Below are positions 20,030-30,426 of a stretch of 64,000 bases of DNA, in pieces (position 1 is the first letter of the stretch; each line of letters begins with the position of its first letter). Source of the DNA: Phormidesmis sp. (GTDB lineage Bacteria > Cyanobacteriota > Cyanobacteriia > Leptolyngbyales > Leptolyngbyaceae); NCBI GenBank assembly GCA_965248535.1, contig CBDFJR010000002.1, positions 1,152,001-1,216,000 of the forward strand, read 5' to 3'. Position numbers and translations under genes: made by a program. Below the pieces are notes generated by a model, which saw only the letters and a program-made list of their open reading frames with translations, had not been told where the DNA came from and did not search any database.

Positions 20030-20515
20030 CTACTTGATAAAGTTGAGCTTCTGAGTCTCTTTGTGGTGTTTCACTTGAGAAACCACGTTGTAGGCGTGTT
20101 CTCCTGGCTCTTGACGAGCATCGACTGCCCCCTCAGTCGAACCACCGATCGCCTTCCATTCCGTCAAGCCACCTTTAAGCTCTGCGATTGCTCGAAACCC
20201 CGCTTCGCGCAGCATCGCCGCCGCCTGGGCAGTCTCCGGCTCACTGGCACCATAGACGTAAATATCTCGCTCAAACTCTAGGCTACTCTTCGCTAGAGCC
20301 ACCAAGTCACTGAGCGGAAAATCCATCGCGCCCATAATATGACTGTCGTTAAACAGGTCACGAGGACGAACATCCAAAATGGTGAGGGCAGGCTCGCCCC
20401 ACTCCAGGCGAGATTTGAGATCATACACAGAAGATTGAGTCTTTAAGCCAGGAGGAGTCGGCGTAACGTTTGGCAGTGCCTCTTTAGCGTTTTGAATCAA
20501 ATCGTCGATGGCCAT
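20030..20515 (-). CDS. Rhodanese-like domain protein
   Basis: LKSRLEWGEPALTILDVR, HIMGA, LKGGLTEW. Confidence 0.85.
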   Translation of the reverse strand: MAIDDLIQNAKEALPNVTPTPPGLKTQSSVYDLKSRLEWGEPALTILDVRPRDLFNDSHIMGAMDFPLSDLVALAKSSLEFERDIYVYGASEPETAQAAAMLREAGFRAIAELKGGLTEWKAIGGSTEGAVDARQEPGEHAYNVVSQVKHHKETQKLNFIK

Positions 20516-20651
20516 AGCTATCCTCAACTTTTTTAATACATCTGTGCCGTAAATGTAATCAAAAGCGGAAGTGAGCTAATCTTTCTCAGGTCAGAGGCGG
20601 CGATCGTCTTGAGGCATAAAACACAGAGGAGGTACGGCCGTTTCACCCCAT

Positions 20652-21590
20652 TTACTGAAGACCCTCATAGCGCCAAGGGGCTGGGTCAACCGATAGTCCT
20701 TGCACATATAAGCCCCAATGCAGGTGAGGCCCGGTTGCCGCGCCTGTGCCGCCTAGAGCACCGATCGTTTGTCCCGCTTTGACGACATCGCCCTCTTTGA
20801 CATCAATGCGGCTGAGATGCAGAAAAATGCTCAAGACTCCTTGCCCGTGGTCAATGCCGATGCAGTTTCCGTGGATTTTAAAGCCCTGAGATTCACGACC
20901 TATTAGGGCAACCCGTCCGGCTGCGGGGGCAATAATGGCCGAGCCATAGTCTCCGGCATAATCAACGCCGCGATGATAATAATCTTTGGCAAACTCGCCG
21001 TTGTAGTAGCGACGCACTCCATAGCCTGTGGTGAGTTCACCCGCATTGGGTCGCAGCAATTTTCCTTGCCAGAGCTTTTGAGGGCTGACAATTTGCTTAA
21101 AGGCATCGACTTTATCAAACTCTAAATCCGTCCCGTTATCGCCCTTGCCGGGGGGAAGCCAAATGCTTTGGGTCGGGAACGATCGGGCTTTTAAGGTCAC
21201 CGTTAGGTCTTGCGCGTCTTGCCCGTCGTTGACCCGCAGCGTCAGTTTGCCAGGGTGATCGAGGGGCGTGGTGGGCAAAAGGGCCCGAAACCGATGATTC
21301 CCCTGCTCAAACGTTGCATAGGTTTTAGCCCCCATGGTTACAGTCGGGTTATTACTAGACTGAACCACGATCGAGAGGGTGTCGCCTAGTTGAGGAGACA
21401 GGGGCGCGATCGTAGCTGTCAGCGCCAGAGAGGGATAAGCCAGCGTGATCAGCGCGATCGCCACCAGCGCGGCCAGCCCCAACTGCCAGAGTAGCGATCG
21501 TCTCATCAAAGCACCCACGGTCCAGATTGCCGAAACTAAGCGATTGCGCGATCGTAAGCGTGGGTCAAAACCCCGGCGAGGAAAGGTCAT
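20652..21590 (-). CDS. M23 family metallopeptidase
   Basis: HRGVD, GPHLHW zinc motifs; N-terminal signal/TM; start uncertain. Confidence 0.9.
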   Translation of the reverse strand: MTFPRRGFDPRLRSRNRLVSAIWTVGALMRRSLLWQLGLAALVAIALITLAYPSLALTATIAPLSPQLGDTLSIVVQSSNNPTVTMGAKTYATFEQGNHRFRALLPTTPLDHPGKLTLRVNDGQDAQDLTVTLKARSFPTQSIWLPPGKGDNGTDLEFDKVDAFKQIVSPQKLWQGKLLRPNAGELTTGYGVRRYYNGEFAKDYYHRGVDYAGDYGSAIIAPAAGRVALIGRESQGFKIHGNCIGIDHGQGVLSIFLHLSRIDVKEGDVVKAGQTIGALGGTGAATGPHLHWGLYVQGLSVDPAPWRYEGLQ

Positions 21591-21791
21591 CGTGAATAGA
21601 ACTCCTTGACGATTTTGGACTTTGGATCAACGAACCGAACCAACAAGTTAACCCCACCCCTCGTGGGAAAAGGGCACCACCCTGTTCTCCCCTCGCCGTG
21701 GCCCTTGGAAAGCAAATGTGAAATTCGGCTCAATCATTCTAGAGGCGTTTGCTCACAAAAAACCTCCGTCCCCCAAGATCCAAACCTCTCA

Positions 21792-22985
21792 TCAGGCCGT
21801 TTTACCAATCACCCCTTCTACCAGCCAGTTCATCGCTTCAAGCTCAGGTGCTTTCTGGGCAAACTCTTTTCCTGAAGGCAATAAAACTTTGCCCGCGTTA
21901 TCCTTAAGTTCACCTTTGTAGATCGCTAAAGAGCCATCCATAAATTTAGCTTTCGCGGCTTCTGCATCTTTCTTAGCAGCGTCATTTACCGCCGGGCCAT
22001 AGGCAGCCAGCTTGACAAACCCATCTTTTAACCCGCCGCGCAGAAGATGAGGAATCCCGCCATTCATCAGAGTTTTGCCCTCTTGAATCATTTTGGCGTA
22101 GTTGGTGTAAACGCTCGTCCAATCCCATTCGGCCCCGGTTAAATAGCCCTTGGGCGCAAGCGAAATCTGGTCAGCGTGGTAGCCACTCGAATAAACGCCG
22201 CGCCGTTCTGCTGTCTCGATCACGACTTTGGGGCTGTCTACGTGACAGGTGATCACATCAATGCCTTGATCAACCATGCTATTAGTGGCTTCGGCTTCTT
22301 TGACTGGAACTGACCAGTCACCCGTAAAAACAACTTGCGTCGTGAGGGTGGGTTTGACACTGCGGGCCCCTAGCGTGAAGCTGTTGATATTTCGCAGCAC
22401 TTGCGGAATCGGCTTGGCCCCGACAAACCCCAGTTTGCCCGTCTTGCTCATGTGGGCAGCCACAATGCCTGAGAGATATTGCATCTCGTCGATATAGCCA
22501 TAATAGCTGCCGATGTTTTTAGGATGTTTGCCTTCGACATACATGCCACCACAGTGAAAGAACTGCACGGCGGGATATTCGGCCGCGAGTTTGAGAATGT
22601 GCGGGTCAAAATAACCAAACGAGGTCGGAAACAAGACGGTGGCTTTGTCTTGCTCAATCATGTTTCGCATCACTTCTTGCACTTCGGTGGTTTCAGGAAC
22701 ACTCGCTTGGTCGATCGTTTTAACTCCGGCCACTTTCGCCAGTCCTTCCTTGCCTTGAAAGTGAGCCTGGTTATAGCCAAAGTCATCTTTGGGCCCAACA
22801 TAGATAAAGCCCATCACCAAGTTTGCCGATGCCGAAGAAGTCCCTGGCGAAGCGTCGCCGCTAGCGCTGGGTTTAGCAGCCGTGCAGCCTGTCCAAAGCC
22901 GCGAGGTTGCACCAAAGGCACCAGCCGCTAGCAGCCCACGAATCACTTGACGACGAGACAGAGATGAAAAAGGTTGATGACTCAT
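21792..22985 (-). CDS. BMP-family (purine/nucleoside-type) ABC substrate-binding lipoprotein with Tat signal
   Basis: SRRQVI twin-arginine, WTGC lipobox, GFIYVGPKDDFGYNQAH, TSFGY, NSFTLGA. Confidence 0.88.
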   Translation of the reverse strand: MSHQPFSSLSRRQVIRGLLAAGAFGATSRLWTGCTAAKPSASGDASPGTSSASANLVMGFIYVGPKDDFGYNQAHFQGKEGLAKVAGVKTIDQASVPETTEVQEVMRNMIEQDKATVLFPTSFGYFDPHILKLAAEYPAVQFFHCGGMYVEGKHPKNIGSYYGYIDEMQYLSGIVAAHMSKTGKLGFVGAKPIPQVLRNINSFTLGARSVKPTLTTQVVFTGDWSVPVKEAEATNSMVDQGIDVITCHVDSPKVVIETAERRGVYSSGYHADQISLAPKGYLTGAEWDWTSVYTNYAKMIQEGKTLMNGGIPHLLRGGLKDGFVKLAAYGPAVNDAAKKDAEAAKAKFMDGSLAIYKGELKDNAGKVLLPSGKEFAQKAPELEAMNWLVEGVIGKTA

Positions 22986-23073
22986 GGCTTCCTCCTGGTG
23001 GTTCTTAAACGTAGGATTTATAACTTAAAAGTCTCTGGCTACGAATTGAAGCATCACTCTTTAGGGTGAATTT

Positions 23074-23087
23074 GTATCGTAAATTAC
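23074..23087. promoter_or_regulatory. NtcA box
   Basis: Perfect GTAtcgtaaatTAC between the divergent BMP and FAD-oxidoreductase genes; TGcTTCAAT extended -10-like element about 23 nt downstream on the minus strand. Confidence 0.6.
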
Positions 23088-23205
23088 GTTTAGAGATTGG
23101 GCTTGATCAAGGCTGGCGCGTCCCGATGGCGAAATGTTAGGAATAGACGATCGTTCCCTGCCTTCACCCCCTAAACTGTCCCTAGTTTCAAGTCTTTAAA
23201 GCCTT

Positions 23206-24382
23206 ATGACGACTCATGATTGGATAGTAGTGGGCGCTGGAATCACGGGGGCTGCTCTGGCCTACGAGCTAGCAAACCAAGGCTTTTCGACCCTGTTGTT
23301 AGACCAACAAAACCCCTTGACGGGGGCGACTCGCTATAGCTATGGCGGCATTGCCTATTGGTCAGGCACCACCGCGCTGACTCGTCAACTGTGCGCTGAA
23401 GGCATTGAGCGCCATCGGATTCTTTCAGATGAGTTAGCCGCAGACACCCAGTTTCGAGAACTGGATTTGCTATTGACCATTGCTGCCGACCGCGATCCGC
23501 AAGAACTTGCCCAGCGCTATCTCGGCTTTGCAATTCCGCCCCGGTTGCTGAGTGTCAAAGAAGCCTGCGAGTTGGAACCGTTGCTGAATCCAGCGGCGAT
23601 CGCCGGGGCATTAACCGTTCGGCATGGTCATATTGAGGCCGAATTGACGACGCAGGCCTATTGTCAAGCCATGCAGCGCTTAGGCGGCGACCTCAAAACT
23701 GCTCAGATGACAGGATTGGTCAAAGATGCTAATCGAGTAACAGGGGTGACAACCACGATCGGCACCTTATACGCCGCTAACCTGGCTATTTGCACCGGAG
23801 GAATCACCCGCCAACTGCTGCAAGCCGCTGGGATTCGGGTCAAACAATATTTCACTCACGCCGAGATTATCGAAACACCTCCTACCGATTTAAAGCTGAG
23901 TACGTTAGTGATGCCAGCCGAGGCTGACCGATTTCAGCTAGAAGCCGACGCAACTCAACCTCTAGTCGAAGCGCTGTGGGACGAACCCGGACATGAACCT
24001 GCGCCAGCGATTTTGGATGCCGGAGCTATCCAATTTCTAGACGGCAGACTTCGGATCGGGCAGACCAGCCGAACGCTTGACTGACCCCAACGCGACGATC
24101 GATGCGGCTCAAAGCGAAGCCGATCTGCGAGCTAAAATCAGTGTCGTCTTGCCCAAAGTCGGCAACCTACCCGGCACCTGGCATCACTGCACGATCGCGT
24201 TTAGCCACGATCGTCTGCCGCTCGTGGGCGCAATTCCCTCTACTCCAGGTCTTCACCTGTTTTCAGGGTTTAGCAATCCACTGGCGATCGTGCCCGCGAT
24301 CGCTCGACGATTTGCCGCCAGCCAAACAGGAGCCAACGACGAAATCATCGAGCAATTATCACCGAGTCGAGACAGAAACTAA
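23206..24382 (+). pseudogene. FAD-dependent oxidoreductase (DAO/glycine oxidase family), split by a +1 frameshift; possibly an artefact
   Basis: VVGAGITG Rossmann motif. ORFs 23206-24084 and 24077-24382 join if one T at 24077-24078 is removed (ACG CTG ACT GAC); the C-terminal part has DRLPLVG. Confidence 0.8.
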
Positions 24383-24385
24383 ACT

Positions 24386-26362
24386 CTAGAAACTAAACTG
24401 AGTTCGCAGGCTGCCCACAAAAACCGTGGGATTGCTGCTGAAGTTGTTGGCGTTGAAAATGGTGTAGAACGTCGGCACCACGGCAATGTGAGGATTGAGC
24501 GGATAGAAGTAAGAGGCTTCTAGCTCATATTGCGTGCCGCCATCGCCCGCCCCAGACGCAAAATAAGTGCGCCCCTTGGTGATATCCATCGGCATCAAGA
24601 AGGTGAGGGTGCCCAGCGCGCCTTTCTTGCCCAAGTCAGGAAAGCCAACCCCCACTTGGAAAGACTGAGTTCTCACCTTTTGGTCGATCGGGTTGAGCTT
24701 TGTGGTGGCAAAACTATAGCGCCCAAACACCCCAAACCCCGGCTTTAGCATCCAGTCGAAGTTAACCCCAAACATATCAGCAGTGGCATATTTCAGCCCC
24801 CCACCGACGACCCCATTTGAGAAGCCGGGCCCGGCATCTAAATAGCCGTAGGGAATCGGTTCTCCGATCGCGCCCCCCACTTGCCCCCCATAGGCTTGAA
24901 TCCGAGTGCGGTTATATTGCAGCCGTAGGTTAATGGTGCGAGTGGGCGAGAAAGTCAGCTCGGCTGAGGCGGTGTTAGTGCCGCCAAATAGACCAAACTT
25001 TGGATTGCTGGAGGTGTTGTAGCCAAACTCAGACGGCAAGAATTCGGTGTTTTCGCCCAGATAACCAACGGTCAGGCGAAACTGCTTGCTGAGAGTGACA
25101 TCGATCACCGCCCCTGACCCGCGATCGACCGCATTTGACTGAGCGCTGTTGGAGGTATCGAAACTGGCTCCTGAGTTAAAGACAAAGTTAAAGCGGTTGG
25201 AATCAAAGTGACGATACCAGTTGATGCGGGGCCCGACGGTCACCTTCACCGCATTGTTGAGCGGAAAGCTATAGAAAAGATCGTGAATCACCACATCAGG
25301 GACACCATTGTTGGTGCCGCCTGATTGGTCGAGAAACGGCACCCCCGCCGAGTTAAAAAAGCCAGCCGACGCATATTGGTTATAGGGAGAAACGCCGTTT
25401 CCAGCCGCCAACTGCGTCACCAACTGATCTTTGCCCGTGAAGGAGGTTGAAAGCGTCAGCCAAGTTAAAAAGCTCTCGGTGATATTAGGGTCTTTAGCCG
25501 TCAGAACCGTGGGTCTGCCCGTGATCGGACTGCGGGTTGCAAAGAACCGTCCGAGAGCATCGCCTTCGCTGCCTGCCGGGCCTTCAAATCGCACTCCTCT
25601 GCTGGCGGTTGCCCCTGTGACGTTGATCCAAACGCTGCCAAACAGCTTGGTGGTGGTTGAAAACTGCTGCTTTTCGAGGGTGGTGGTGCGCGCTTCGAGG
25701 ACATCGACGCGACCACGCAAAGTGGCTAGCTCGGCCGCAAATTCTTCTTGCAGCTTTTGCAGGGTAACTAAATCTTCTTTTTTAACGAGATTGGCGGTGG
25801 AGGCAGCAATTAACTCGTTGACGCGATCGAGACACGCATTCAGCCCGGCCGCAAACTCATAGCGGGTCAGCGCCCGATTGCCGCGATAGGTCTTGTCGGG
25901 GTAGCCCGCAATGCAGCCATAGCGCTCAACCAGCGATTGCAATGCCTGAAAGGCCCAGTCTGTGGGTTTAACATCTGTTAGCTGCGAGACTGAGGTGACT
26001 TGCGCCAATGCCGCATCAGCATCGGCTTCGGGCTTTTCAAAGTCTGCTACATTCTCTACTGAGTCTAAGCTGAGACGGGTGTCAAGGCTAGTCTGAGCCG
26101 GGGTTTTCTGGGCGATCACAATCGCTCGGTTTTCAACCGCCAAGGGGACAGCAGGAACAGCAGCCACCTGGTGAGAAGACAACTCGACGCTTTTCAAGTT
26201 AAGGGCTGCGGGGGGTGAAACTGCCGGGGAAGTCGTCGCGAGTTTCAGGGGGTTTGGAGCCGATTCTGCTCGACCGATGAGTTGAGAGTTGACCCCGTAG
26301 AGCACTGTCCACGCGATCGGAGACAGCAGTAGAGACTTCCACATCTTGGACTGGCTAAACAT
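24386..26362 (-). CDS. SLH-domain OprB/SomA-type cyanobacterial porin
   Basis: SLH (DVKPTDWAFQALQSLVERYGC), coiled coil, QFSTTTKL, C-terminal LRTQFSF. Confidence 0.95.
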   Translation of the reverse strand: MFSQSKMWKSLLLSPIAWTVLYGVNSQLIGRAESAPNPLKLATTSPAVSPPAALNLKSVELSSHQVAAVPAVPLAVENRAIVIAQKTPAQTSLDTRLSLDSVENVADFEKPEADADAALAQVTSVSQLTDVKPTDWAFQALQSLVERYGCIAGYPDKTYRGNRALTRYEFAAGLNACLDRVNELIAASTANLVKKEDLVTLQKLQEEFAAELATLRGRVDVLEARTTTLEKQQFSTTTKLFGSVWINVTGATASRGVRFEGPAGSEGDALGRFFATRSPITGRPTVLTAKDPNITESFLTWLTLSTSFTGKDQLVTQLAAGNGVSPYNQYASAGFFNSAGVPFLDQSGGTNNGVPDVVIHDLFYSFPLNNAVKVTVGPRINWYRHFDSNRFNFVFNSGASFDTSNSAQSNAVDRGSGAVIDVTLSKQFRLTVGYLGENTEFLPSEFGYNTSSNPKFGLFGGTNTASAELTFSPTRTINLRLQYNRTRIQAYGGQVGGAIGEPIPYGYLDAGPGFSNGVVGGGLKYATADMFGVNFDWMLKPGFGVFGRYSFATTKLNPIDQKVRTQSFQVGVGFPDLGKKGALGTLTFLMPMDITKGRTYFASGAGDGGTQYELEASYFYPLNPHIAVVPTFYTIFNANNFSSNPTVFVGSLRTQFSF

Positions 26363-26398
26363 CACTCACACCTATATCTAAAGACACACTAAAGTGTG

Positions 26399-26460
26399 AG
26401 TTTATAGGAGTTAGAGCGCCATTTATGTAGCTTCTAGTACAACTTGTATCCCAAGAGACA
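26399..26460 (-). promoter_or_regulatory. NtcA-activated promoter of the porin gene with a second, degenerate NtcA site
   Basis: tGTAgcttctagTACa (26426-26441) plus N22 to TAAACT (26404-26399) on the minus strand; second tGTAtcccaagaGACa at 26445-26460. Confidence 0.75.
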
Positions 26461-26489
26461 TCAATCTATGGGTCTAGGGCAAAGAGCGC

Positions 26490-29060
26490 TCAAGCCTTGG
26501 CTTCCAGACTTTCTAGGCGGCTTTTGAGCGTCTGATTATCTTTTTTAAGCTGATCGACTTCTTCACGCAGTTGCTTGACGGACTGATCAGATCCCGCTCT
26601 CTTCTGCACGGTTTGCACCGATTCTTCGGCAATGCGACGCACTCGACCATCGGGAGTTTGGTCAGCCAACGATTGCAGAATGCCGATCGCTTTGGTCGTC
26701 TCCATTTGTCCTAAGGCGACGGCCACTGAGACCTGAGTTAAAAAGAATGTCTCTCTTGACAATTCTTGCAGTCGCTCTAAGATCTTCTCTAAATTGACGT
26801 TGGTCTGCCCGCTAGAGATGGCTCCGAGAGCACGAATGGCCGCCAGACGCAGTGGTTGCGGAACGCCGATCGGGGTATAGTCCAAAATCACATCTAAAGC
26901 GGCCTCGGAGGTTTTGAGATGGCTGAGGGCCCCGATCGCGCCCGATCGCACCACTTCGTTCCAGCCCTGCCGCTCTTTGAGTACGCTTTTCAGCAGCTTC
27001 AGCACTTTTTCGGTTTTAGGGGCATCGCTTAACCCGGATGCCGCGACTTTACCCAGGCTCCGCAGGGCAGACGCTTCGACATAATAGCTAGCATCGCCTT
27101 TTTCCACCACAGACTTGAGCGCTTTATAGCTTTCGGGGGTTTTGACCTGCGAGAGAGCTTCGACTGTGGCGCGCCGAACTCGCGCTTCGGGATCTTTGAG
27201 ACCCAACAGCACGCCTGCGATCGCTTGATCGAGCTTGACGGTGACTAAATTTCGGCTGATCTCGGCCCTGACTGCCCAAAAACTATCGGTTTGCAGCGCT
27301 GCCGACAGGATCTTGACGGCTTCTAATCCGCCTTTTTTGGTGATCGCTTCCACGGCATAGAGGCGAGAAATCGGGTCTGGATCGTGCAGAAGTTGGGCTT
27401 TGAGTTCGGGCATTGCGTAGTCAAGCACCACGGTTTTGAGGTGATGATTGCCGACATCAAAGCTGACAAACTCCGGTTTTTGGTCAAGCGGAAAGTAGAA
27501 ACTTTGCTCACGATCGTGGACGCGCACCGTGAAAATCTTGGCGGCAGTTTCAGCAAAGCCAAACCCGATCGGGATCTTCAGATCAAATAAATCTTTCAGA
27601 TTGGTCTCGCTGACTTGGGTTTGAGTGACGGTGACCTTAGCGAGATTGCTGTCTGCATCCCACCCATAAGCCACTTTATAGTCGGGGTGTCCGCCGCGAT
27701 AAACATACTGATCAAACAAGAACATGAGATTGCGTCCGGTGGCTTTCTCGATCGCTCTCAGCAAATCCACCGTTTCGACCGTTTTGTGAGCATTGTCTGT
27801 GAGAAAGGTGGCGATCGATTTCCAAAACAACTCGTCGCCCAACTCCGCCCGAATCATGTGATAGACACAGGCTCCCTTCTCATAGATGTGACGATCGTAA
27901 AGCTCGATCGCTTCTCGATAAACGTGGGTCACCAGCGGGCGACGATAGCGAGACGCATCTTCATCTAAATAGCTGCGGGCTTCACCGAGGAGATAATAGG
28001 CGGCATCATCAGAGCCATATTCTTGCTCAAACCACAGCACTTCAGCATAGGAGGCCATGCCCTCTTTGATCCACGCGTGAGACCAGTGCTTGATCACGAC
28101 TAAATCGCCAAACCATTGATGAGCCAACTCGTGAGCCACTAAAGACTCAGTGCTGCGGTTGTCGATCGCCGCTCGTTCATCCAGCAAACAGCGATCGGTC
28201 AACAGCGTCGTTGAGGTGTTCTCCATGCCGCCAAAGATGAAGTCATCGACGCAGACTTGAGCATATTTGGGATAGGGATAGGGATAGCCATATTTTTGAC
28301 TAAAAAACTCAATCATCTGGGGCGTTTTGCCCATGCTGAGGCGGGCTTGCGCCTCTCGTCCCTTCTCAACGTAGTAGGTGACGGGCTTGCCCTGCCACTC
28401 GTCTTTTAGCTCGGCAAAATCACCCACCGCCAAGGTCATCAGATAGCTGGGGTGAACCTGCTTTTGCAGCCAGTGATAAATCTTACGATCGCCCTTCGTT
28501 TCGGTAGAAATCAACTCGCCGTTTGAAACCGCCATCAGTGACTTAGGCACGCTGACCCGAATCTCAGAGGTGGCCAACTGCCCCGGATAGTCGAAACAGG
28601 GAAACCAAAAGCGAGAGTCTTCATCTTCGCCTTGAGTCCAGACTTGGGTGGGCTTGTCGGGGTAGTGCTGGTCAGGCGCAACGAAATAGATCCCACGCTG
28701 GGGCTTTTCGACTTGGTAAGCGATCGCCAGTTCGATCACGTCTCCGATTTTAGTCGGCTGCTGGAGACGGATGTGAAGCTGCTCGCCATCATAGTCAAAC
28801 GCCTGGTCAACCTCGTCAACTTTAACCGATTGAATGTCGAGATTAACCGCGTCTAGGGTTAAGCGATCGAGGTCATTGCGAACTGGGTTAAGCCTCGTCA
28901 GACAAGTGCCGCTATAGCGTTGATTGGGGATATCCAGACTCAGATCGAGAAAAATATGCTCAACTTGACCCGGACGATCGGGCACATAGTGAGGCCGCGC
29001 CCCCGGCAGTTCAAAAGACTTGTGACCGTTGTTGTCAGGATCAAGATGAGAATGCAGCAT
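26490..29060 (-). CDS. pepN: M1 family aminopeptidase with C-terminal HEAT repeats and coiled coil
   Basis: GGMEN, HELAH-x18-E, YEKG; HEAT-like repeats. Confidence 0.92.
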   Translation of the reverse strand: MLHSHLDPDNNGHKSFELPGARPHYVPDRPGQVEHIFLDLSLDIPNQRYSGTCLTRLNPVRNDLDRLTLDAVNLDIQSVKVDEVDQAFDYDGEQLHIRLQQPTKIGDVIELAIAYQVEKPQRGIYFVAPDQHYPDKPTQVWTQGEDEDSRFWFPCFDYPGQLATSEIRVSVPKSLMAVSNGELISTETKGDRKIYHWLQKQVHPSYLMTLAVGDFAELKDEWQGKPVTYYVEKGREAQARLSMGKTPQMIEFFSQKYGYPYPYPKYAQVCVDDFIFGGMENTSTTLLTDRCLLDERAAIDNRSTESLVAHELAHQWFGDLVVIKHWSHAWIKEGMASYAEVLWFEQEYGSDDAAYYLLGEARSYLDEDASRYRRPLVTHVYREAIELYDRHIYEKGACVYHMIRAELGDELFWKSIATFLTDNAHKTVETVDLLRAIEKATGRNLMFLFDQYVYRGGHPDYKVAYGWDADSNLAKVTVTQTQVSETNLKDLFDLKIPIGFGFAETAAKIFTVRVHDREQSFYFPLDQKPEFVSFDVGNHHLKTVVLDYAMPELKAQLLHDPDPISRLYAVEAITKKGGLEAVKILSAALQTDSFWAVRAEISRNLVTVKLDQAIAGVLLGLKDPEARVRRATVEALSQVKTPESYKALKSVVEKGDASYYVEASALRSLGKVAASGLSDAPKTEKVLKLLKSVLKERQGWNEVVRSGAIGALSHLKTSEAALDVILDYTPIGVPQPLRLAAIRALGAISSGQTNVNLEKILERLQELSRETFFLTQVSVAVALGQMETTKAIGILQSLADQTPDGRVRRIAEESVQTVQKRAGSDQSVKQLREEVDQLKKDNQTLKSRLESLEAKA

Positions 29061-29199
29061 GGTGAATGAGTCGCTCTGTCAAAGCGCATGGGGAGCAGAA
29101 ATAGAAAAGATTAACGAGGGCTTTTGCAAACTCGTTATGACTATGGATAATACCAAAAAGAGAGCCAGACCGCACTATTTATATCCATCACAACATTTT

Positions 29200-30132
29200 C
29201 TAAACCAACCCCAGCAGGCTGGCCATTAGCGCTTTTTGAGCGTGCATCCGGTTTTCGGCCTGATCCCAGATTTTAGATTGAGCACCCTCCATCACGCCAT
29301 CGGTGATTTCTTCGCCCCGATGGGCCGGGAGACAGTGCAGCACGATCGCGTCTTTGGCTGCGTGAGTCATCAACGCCTCATTTACCTGATAGGGCTGAAA
29401 GATCGGAATGCGAGAATCTGCCAGATCTTCTTGCCCCATGCTGGCCCAGACATCGGTGTAAAGCACCTGAGCACCTTGGGCAGCGGCGATCGGGTCACTC
29501 GTCAACATCACCTCCGACCGTCCGGCGGCGATCGTCTTGGCTTGCTGCACGATCGCTTCATTGGGCTGATAGTCTGAGGGCGAAGCAATGCGAATATTCA
29601 TGCCGACGAGGGCACACCCCAGCAAAAGAGAGTGAGCAATGTTATTGCCGTCTCCTAGATAGGTCAGCGTCAAGCCTGAAAGTTTGCCAAAGGTTTCTTG
29701 AACGGTCTGCAAATCTGCCAAAATTTGACAGGGATGCTCTAAGTCAGTCAGGGCATTGATAATCGGAATTTTGGCATATTCAGCAAAGGTTTCGAGATCT
29801 CGCTGCTCAAAGGTGCGAATGGACAAAATATCGACGTAGCGATCGAGCACTCGCGCCGTGTCAGTAATCGGCTCACCCCGACCCACCTGAGTTGCACTCA
29901 CCGCTAGATCGATCACCTGCCCACCAAGTTGAGCCATCGCCACCGTAAAGCTGACACGAGTGCGGGTGGACGCTTTATAAAACAGCAATCCTAGTACAGG
30001 AATGTGCCCATTTTTAGGAGCCGCCGTCACCTTTCCGGCCTTCATTTGGGCTGCGAGGTCAAGCAGCGCCGTGATTTCCTCTGCGGTGAGGTCTGCCAAA
30101 CTCAATAGATCTCGTCCTTTTAATCCACCCAT
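29200..30132 (-). CDS. argF: Ornithine carbamoyltransferase
   Basis: STRT, HPCQ, GDGNN, DVWASMG, HCLP. Confidence 0.97.
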   Translation of the reverse strand: MGGLKGRDLLSLADLTAEEITALLDLAAQMKAGKVTAAPKNGHIPVLGLLFYKASTRTRVSFTVAMAQLGGQVIDLAVSATQVGRGEPITDTARVLDRYVDILSIRTFEQRDLETFAEYAKIPIINALTDLEHPCQILADLQTVQETFGKLSGLTLTYLGDGNNIAHSLLLGCALVGMNIRIASPSDYQPNEAIVQQAKTIAAGRSEVMLTSDPIAAAQGAQVLYTDVWASMGQEDLADSRIPIFQPYQVNEALMTHAAKDAIVLHCLPAHRGEEITDGVMEGAQSKIWDQAENRMHAQKALMASLLGLV

Positions 30133-30426
30133 GCTGATCCTCGATCGCTGCGCCTAAACAACTGAATGCAAAATTTTCTGTGCTTGAGCAGTTAAGAGGC
30201 TCAATCTGCGATCGCACAGGCAAATATCATAAGACCCTACCAAATTCAAAAGCGTTAGCCTAGTGACCGACCCGTTTAAATTGCGGGTTGCCGTTGTGGA
30301 GATGTTCCCATGTCCGAGCAATCTGGCTGACGATTAGGGATTAAATCACCTCGGTGACTCGCAATCGGTTGAAGCACAGCAACCCCGTGTTCCGATGCAA
30401 ATCACCGATCGTGGACATCTATAGCC

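Noticed and set aside
25767..26005. DNA similarity to positions 1-240, suggesting a recent duplication
   Set aside because: Differences are concentrated at synonymous positions; this is the conserved SLH domain of old porin paralogues
30240..30420. Possible structured ncRNA (GGGTTGC...GCAACCC pairing) or gene remnant between argF and the HtrA gene
   Set aside because: Only a short stem; no 6S, SRP or riboswitch signatures recognised, and the short ORFs match nothing I know
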